Of a stretch of DNA of 64,000 nucleotides, positions 57,579 to 64,000 are shown piece after piece (position 1 is the first letter of the stretch; each line of letters starts with the position of its first letter). Under the pieces are notes generated by a model. It did not search any database and was not told the DNA's origin. It worked only from the letters and a program-made list of their open reading frames with translations. Where the stretch lies: the NCBI GenBank assembly GCA_964019335.1, contig OZ025679.1, positions 186,001-250,000 of the forward strand. Direction: 5' to 3'. The position numbers were made by a program, and so were the translations under genes. The DNA comes from Diplonema japonicum. Taxonomy: Eukaryota; Protista; Euglenozoa: Diplonemea.

Positions 57579-58880
57579 ATGCTCACCAAAGCAGCACCAT
57601 TTGCAGGTGTCGGCGCAGCAGCATTCGCAGTCTATCAGGCGAGAAGGTGGAACACAACCAGCTCAACAGAATGGGACAACAGAATAGTCCCCGCCACTGT
57701 GGGGGAATGTTTAAACGATGTTGACACCCCCGCCCTGTGCGTAGATCTGAACGGCATCGACGAAAATAAATTCCGTTTGGAGGTTCTGGTGAAGCAAAGC
57801 GGAAGGATGGTAACCGCCCGCCCCATCGTCAAAGCGCATAAATGCAGCGAAATTGCGAAGTACCAGCTCGCCTCCGACGTAACAAAAGGTGTATGCTGTG
57901 CTAAAGTGTGCGAGGCCGAAGCAGTCCTCACCGCTGGCATCACTGACATCTTCATCTCAAATGAGATTATCGGCCGCAAGAAAACCATCAGACTGACGAA
58001 AGCGATGAAATCTGCCAACATCACAAAAATCCGAATAGCCGTTGACAGTATTGAAGGCGCCGACCAGCTTGAGCACGCTGCACAATCTGACGGTGTTCAT
58101 TTTGACGTTATAATCGAAGTAAGCTGCGGTCAGAATCGCTGTGGTGTGTCCTCTCCTGAGGAAGCCGTCACCATCGCACACCACATACGACAGAACTGCG
58201 CGAAACTGAATATAATCGGTATCCAAGCGTACCAAGGCGCCGCACAGCACATCCGTTCCAAGCAAGACATGAAGGATGAGATTGCCAATGTGGTGCGCAT
58301 CGCTAGCAGGACAAAAGACGCGCTTCAAAAAGCCGGTTTTGAAATCACGGTAGTCACCGGTGCTGGGAGTGGTACGCTCGACCACGAACTTAACAGCGGT
58401 GTCTTTACCGAGCTACAGCCTGGTTCATATCTCTTCAACGATGTGGACTACTCGAAGAATTTATCCGAAGCGGGGACTGAAGAGGGCGAGAGTAAATGGA
58501 AAGCATCGATGTTCATTCTTACAACAGTCATGTCCCGTACCTCGAGGCCTGACGGGTCGGGTTGGGTGGTCGTGGATGCGGGGTTGAAGTCGCACTCCAT
58601 CGACTCCGGGATGCCTGCTCTGTACGGCGACGCAACAGTGACGTGTGTGAACGGTGGGGACGAGCATTTCAAGCTTCTGTACCCTTCGTCTCTCGACATG
58701 CCCTCCATCGGTGAGAAGGTGCTCCTGCAGCCCGGCCATGTGGACCCCACCTTTAACATGCATGATCATGTTGTGGCCTTCCGCTCGACACGCCTTCCCG
58801 AGTCGTCCAAGGACATCATGAAGGACAACCCAACTGTGTCACACGTGTGGAGGGTCGATGCTCGCGGGGCTGGTTTATAG
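57579..58880 (+). CDS. Fold-type III PLP enzyme, D-threonine aldolase / DSD1 family
   Basis: DTPALCVDL, RPIVKAHK (PLP Lys), GQNRCGV, QAYQG, ELQPGSYLFND.DY, VVDAGLKS, DEH, PGHVDPT.N.HD. Confidence 0.88.
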   Translation: MLTKAAPFAGVGAAAFAVYQARRWNTTSSTEWDNRIVPATVGECLNDVDTPALCVDLNGIDENKFRLEVLVKQSGRMVTARPIVKAHKCSEIAKYQLASDVTKGVCCAKVCEAEAVLTAGITDIFISNEIIGRKKTIRLTKAMKSANITKIRIAVDSIEGADQLEHAAQSDGVHFDVIIEVSCGQNRCGVSSPEEAVTIAHHIRQNCAKLNIIGIQAYQGAAQHIRSKQDMKDEIANVVRIASRTKDALQKAGFEITVVTGAGSGTLDHELNSGVFTELQPGSYLFNDVDYSKNLSEAGTEEGESKWKASMFILTTVMSRTSRPDGSGWVVVDAGLKSHSIDSGMPALYGDATVTCVNGGDEHFKLLYPSSLDMPSIGEKVLLQPGHVDPTFNMHDHVVAFRSTRLPESSKDIMKDNPTVSHVWRVDARGAGL

Positions 58881-58915
58881 AAAAAGGCATGAGGTTTTTC
58901 AAAAAAAAAAAAAAG

Positions 58916-58962
<47 letters not shown>

Positions 58963-58975
58963 GTTTTAGTGCATG

Positions 58976-59007
<32 letters not shown>

Positions 59008-59048
59008 ATCCTTTTCTAACGAGAGCGTTTATGATTTTTTAAAGAGGG

Positions 59049-59078
<30 letters not shown>

Positions 59079-59081
<3 letters not shown>

Positions 59082-60116
59082 CAGCAACCATTGATGGGCC
59101 AGCCGGGTTACCCCCCTCCGCAGCAGGGCGGGTACCCTCCGCAGCAAGGCGGGTATCCCCCTCAGCAAGGCGGCTACCCTCCGCAGCAAGGTGGGTACCC
59201 TCCTCAGCAAGGCGGCTACCCTCCGCAGCAACAGATGATGGCGATCAACGGGGGCATGGACGTGCTGAGAGCAGTTGGGGCAAGCAATAAGCTGGCGATC
59301 AAGCAACAGGTCAATCTGCTTGAAGCAACGGCGGACACGATGTCGGGGTGCATCCCATGTGCGGAGATGTGCTGCGAGAGGCCGAACGAGTACTTCGTGT
59401 TCGATGCAGCTACAGGACAACGCCTCCTGCGCGCGAAGGAAGAATCAACATTCTGCTGCAGATGCTGGTGCAACCCCGCACATGAGCTGAAGCTGCACAT
59501 CTCAGACGCAAACACACAACAAGAGCTGATGGTGGTCGACAGGCCCTTCAAATGTATGAACGGCTGCCCAGCACTGTGCGACATGTGCCAGCAAGAGGTC
59601 GTCCTTCACCGTGGTAACTCTGTTGAGAATTCCGCTGGTGTCATCGGGACAACGAGAATGCCTTGCTGCGGTGGTGGCTGCACACCCACTGTGAACACGT
59701 ATGTTAACGGCAGCCAAACACCATTTGGTACCGTTGAGGGCCCTTGCTGTTGTTTTGCTGGTTTAACAGAGATGTGTATGGACCAAGACTTCCCTGTGTC
59801 CAGGGCGGAGGGCAAGGCTGGAGACCTTGGTATTATTGTGAAGGAAAAGCCCGAGACTATGGGGCAGGCTCTTACAGAGATCGCGACGGACTCCGATTTG
59901 TTCACGCTTACTTTCCGTGACGCGTCGCTCTCGCAGGATCAGAAGCTTGTTTTGCTGTCTTCTGTTCTTCTCCTTGACTATATGTTCTTTGAGCAAAACC
60001 AGCCTTTTGAGTGCGATGGGTCGACGTGCTCCGTCACTTGCTGTTACATGTATATTGGTGGGTGTTTGATACCTATGAAGTGTTCGTGTGGTGGGGGTGA
60101 TGATGGTGGTGAGTAA
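59079..60116 (+). CDS. Phospholipid scramblase (PLSCR) family protein with N-terminal GYPPQQG repeats
   Basis: CERPNEYFV, AKEESTFCCRCWC, DRPFKC, TDSDLFTLTF, QKLVLLSSVLLLDYMFFE. Confidence 0.88.
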
Positions 60117-61846
60117 AAAAAAAAAAAAAAAAAAAAAAAAATTAGAAATGGAAAAGAAAAAGAAAGAAAGAACAAAAAAAAATGTTTCCCCCCCCCGCCC
60201 CCTCTTTTTTTGACCGGTGTGAGTTGTATTTTTTTTTTTCCCCTCTTTTTCTTGTTGTTGGAACAAGTAAAACAAACTGTGAAAAAAAATTGTTATTATT
60301 CAAAAAAAAAAAAAAAAAACGAGAGGCGGTTTTTGTCCGTTTTGTCTATTCTTTTTTTTTTTTTTTTTTTTTTTACAAAGGGGCGTCTTACAACCACTCC
60401 CTTTAACTCATATATTTTTTCCCCCTCGTTTGGAAAGATTTTTTTTTTATGTAAGAATGAAGGGGGACATCGACACCTTTTTTTTTTTTTGTTCCCCCTC
60501 TTCGCCCATCATGTTTGTTGATATTGTTTTTTGTCGTGAAATAATGAATTTCTTTTTTTTTCGTCCATACATATCCTTATCCTGACCTTTTTTTTTTTTT
60601 TTTTTTACTTTTTCCCTCTCTCTTTTTTTTTTTTTCTTTGAAGTATTGAAGCGACGTTACTGTAAGCCAAGAAACAAATCATCTGTGAAAATAAAGCCTA
60701 CATGTACATGTTTGCGAAAAATTCATAAGATGAATTTAACGCCTTGTCAAAAGGCGGCCAGGGGGTGGCGTTTTGCAAATCGTTGAATTTTTTTTCTTTG
60801 GTTTACTCTATTCTTTTTTTATCACCTTATTTTTTTTCTTTCTTCTTTTCACCCTACTCCCTAATTTTTTTTTTTTTTTACAAGGGGAAAAACAAAAAAT
60901 ATTTTCAAAAAAAAAAACAAAAAGTATTGCAATCATATATATTTAAATAGAAGAAATCTCCTTTAGAAAGAAAGATAAGGAAGCCATGCAAAAAAAAAAA
61001 AAAAAAAGAAAAAAGAAAAAAAGAGCGACTCGCTCCTTTTTTCTGTATTTCTAGTTTCTGTTCAGAGTGCAATACCATTTAAAAAAAAGGAATAAATTGG
61101 GCGGGTGGCGTAAAGTGTAGCGAAACACATTATTATACCCCTTTTTTTCCCCCCCCTCCCCCCTTTTTTTTCACAGTTTCCCAGTTCGAGTGAGAAGCGA
61201 CTTGCAAAAGCGGCTCCCTATGCGCTCAGGCTTTCAGGTCGTTTAAACTTTTGAACTTTAAATTCTTTGAAAGTCACGTGTAGAAAGAGAATTAGAACAT
61301 ACAGTCAACCCCCCCCCCTTTTTTTTCTTTCTTTCTTTTTTTCTTCTTCTTTCACTTTGTAGACACCTTTAATTAGGAATACAAAAAAAAAAAAAAAAAG
61401 CCAGCCGCCGGCAGCTTAGTAAAGTTCTGTTGTCAATACCGATGTGCTTTTTTTTTTTCTTTCTTCTTCTTTTTTTTTTTTCCCTCTTTTTTTTCTCCCC
61501 CCCCCCAATTTGTAACAACATGGAAAAATGAAAAGAGGGAGGGCAACGAGAAAGCAGAATCAAAAAAAAAAGAAAGGTGCGAAAGTGCACTAAACTCCGA
61601 GAAAAAAAAAAGTGTATTTTCGCCATTCCTTTCCTTTCTTTTTTATCTCCCCCTTTTTTTTTCCCCCTCACCCCCCCCTTTTTTTTAAATACCACTATTA
61701 CCCTTCACCAGAATCAGTGATGGACCGGATTTGGACTTAAAATATGGTTCATTTGGAACGGATTTATTATTATTACGGAACTTTTCCCGAAAGAAATAGT
61801 GATGGTTCCCCCTCTCCCCCCCCCCTTTTTTTTCTTTTCTTTCATA

Positions 61847-61889
61847 AGGGTGGTCCTCGAGTGGGATTTGCCCTTAAACATCGCCTTTT
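61847..61889 (+). repeat. ~43-bp dispersed hairpin-forming repeat, copy 2
   Basis: Matches 9956-9999. Confidence 0.85.
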
Positions 61890-61930
61890 CTTTCCCTTCT
61901 CCGAATTAAAAAAAAAAAAAGGTGCATCAC

Positions 61931-61963
<33 letters not shown>

Positions 61964-61966
<3 letters not shown>

Positions 61967-63044
61967 AACTTAATAAAACAAATATCGCGACGGGGGACAG
62001 TGTTCCTGACGCTCTTCTGCGTAACAATCTTGTATGCAGCACGCTTGCACAGAAGGTTGAGCAAGCTAAGCAAACTGAAACTGACACCCATTGTCAGTAC
62101 CATGCTCGCAGACTGGTGCCAGGTCAGCTTCTCCATGGTGGAAAAAGCCACTCTAAAGTACCCCAACATCGTCCTTCAACGTGGCCCCATTGCAGTGGTA
62201 GAGATGAGAGCCGGTTTGAGACTCCTCCTTGACGCTGGGACAGCTGACGCAAGCCCTGCAATTCTTGCAAGGGTACGAACGCTTCCTAACAATGTGAGGG
62301 TGAACACTCTGCCGACCGATTCTATTGTCGCGATACTCGCGGTTATGCTGTCACTGAACGGGCAAACTCCTCGTGATTCTAACCATCTAAAGGGACTTTT
62401 ACGAGATAAACAATTCGGCGTGCTTGGTCTCGGTTCAGGAGAAGTCTACACCGTTTTGTCAAAAATCGCTGAAGTGTCACTCATCGAACCCAGTACCGCT
62501 GTCGTCGACTCTGCCTTCTCACACTTCCTGTTGGGTAACATTCCAGTGAACCGGGTCGCTCCGTTGTCACTCAAAGCGTGGATGCCTCGAAGTTCGTATT
62601 CTATTTTGGTGACAGACCTTACTAGGGCGCAGTTGAACAGCGATCCTGTGTACCTGAAAAAGCTGAAAAACTTTTCTGACTATGTTGTGGGAGTTGCCAT
62701 GCACCCGATGGTGAAGACTACTAGTATCGGGCTGATATCGGATGTGCACTGTTGGGCTGCGGTATGATGTGAGGGGGAGAAGAAAAAAAAAAAAAAAAAA
62801 AAGGTATTCTCCTCTGTTGTTGCCATCACCGCCTCGCGCTATCACCGTGTACTGGTGGCGTCATCGTCGTCCCAAGCACCGATCTGTAAAGACGAAATTG
62901 TCTCGCTTTTGAAAAACTCCGAAGGCCTTTCTGCTGTTCTTGGCCTTAGCCAAACATCGCTTGAAGTGAAGGTGTGTTTTTGGGGGGGGGGAATAAAAAA
63001 AAAATTAAAAAAAATAGGAAATCAAAGTTTATCAGAAGTCCTGA
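61964..63044 (+). CDS. Membrane-anchored divergent class I SAM-methyltransferase-like (spermidine synthase-like) protein; exons 61964-62761, 62804-62971, 63018-63044
   Basis: N-terminal TM segment. FGVLGLGSG and VSLIEPSTAVVDSAFSHF resemble motifs I and II of the spermidine synthase-like fold. Two GT-AG introns keep the frame. Confidence 0.6.
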
Positions 63045-63950
63045 TGAAAATGGAGGTTTTTTTTTGGGGGGGGAAAAAGGGGTACATTGTTGCTAAAAGT
63101 TCTGTAAATAAAGAGGGGAAAAAAAAAAAAAAAAAAAAAAAAAGACGAGTAATTTTTATATAATCAACTGTAAAACACTTTTACTTGCGTAGTACCATTT
63201 TTCGGTTAACAATCTGATTTTTTTTTTTTTTTTTTTGCTCCCTTCCCCTTCGAATTTCATGGGGAGCGAAGAAAAAAAAAAGAAGAAGAAAAAAAAAAAG
63301 AGATTGAAGAATACGGAATGAGAAACGCTTTCTAGTTCTCTTCTTCTTCTCTCTCTCCCCCCCCCCCCCCCCACCTCCCCCACTACATTATTTTATCCCT
63401 TTCCCCAATTTCTTTTTTTTCTTTTCTTGTGCCTCCACGATGCGCCCCCTTGTTCTTGTCATACTCCTTTCCTAAACATCCTCCCCCCCCTTTTTTTTAA
63501 AGTACCTGACTTTGATACTTTGTCCAAAAAAAAGAAGGGGAAAAAAAAAAAGAAAAAAAAAAAAAAAAACCTTCCCTCTTCTTCTACCTCTTTTTTTTTT
63601 TCCTTTTTTATTTCTGTTTTCTCCGGTTGATAATAGATACCAGATGGCGTAGATTATTTAAGGTTATTTATTTTATTCCTATTTTTTTTTTTTTTCTTTT
63701 TGAAGAGGGAAGGGGGGAAACAAAAAAAAAAAGTGATTGAGGTATGCGAAAAAGGGCTGGAAATTGGAGCTGTATTTTTTTTTCAAGAAGAGCCTTGAAC
63801 TATATGGAAATATCTTCTGGTCACTATTCTCGCGCTTAAGTCGCGCCTCCTCCTCCTTTTGTTCCTTCCGTTGGGTTGGGAAGAGAGAGGAAATCAGGAC
63901 GTTATAGGACCTGATGAGTTTGTGCCACGGTGCGAGAATTGTGTAACAGG

Positions 63951-63984
<34 letters not shown>

Positions 63985-64000
63985 ATTTATTATTTTATAT

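Noticed and set aside
63880-63945. Hammerhead ribozyme suggested by CTGATGAG and a nearby GAAA/GAGA
   Set aside because: I could not build stems I-III with a correct GAAA/UH core in any permutation. CTGAT instead pairs with the upstream ATCAG.
1-64000. tRNA, rRNA, spliced-leader RNA or snoRNA genes
   Set aside because: None were recognisable by eye. A covariance-model scan would be needed to exclude small divergent RNAs.

Overview
Eukaryotic genomic DNA, most likely a euglenozoan of diplonemid type (inference). The Hsp90 has kinetoplastid-like motifs such as [10 protein letters not shown] and [12 protein letters not shown], all ~27 supportable genes lie on the + strand, and many short GT-AG cis-introns are present, which kinetoplastids lack. 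Intergenic DNA is dominated by A/T/G/C homopolymers. Manual splicing recovers complete genes that the ORF track fragments: CDC50, VPS11, EMC2, NMNAT/NadD, a Fam20/four-jointed-like kinase, a J-domain protein next to HSP90, and a ~4,500-aa coiled-coil protein built on ~4.4 near-identical 2,168-bp exon+intron repeats. The highlights are: (1) an apparently intact HDV-like self-cleaving ribozyme fold at 9473-9606 that heads a short retroposon-like repeat, with a decayed inverted copy at ~7865-8145; (2) cis-introns whose 3' ends are mostly poly(A) rather than polypyrimidine; (3) an intronless triple fusion of a BtuF/TroA-like binding domain, a DUF5522-like Cys/His module and a Dph6/DUF71-like PP-loop ATPase; (4) an internally deleted piggyBac with TTAA target-site duplications and a small MITE with 6-bp duplications. 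All family assignments are from motif recognition by eye; no searches were run.
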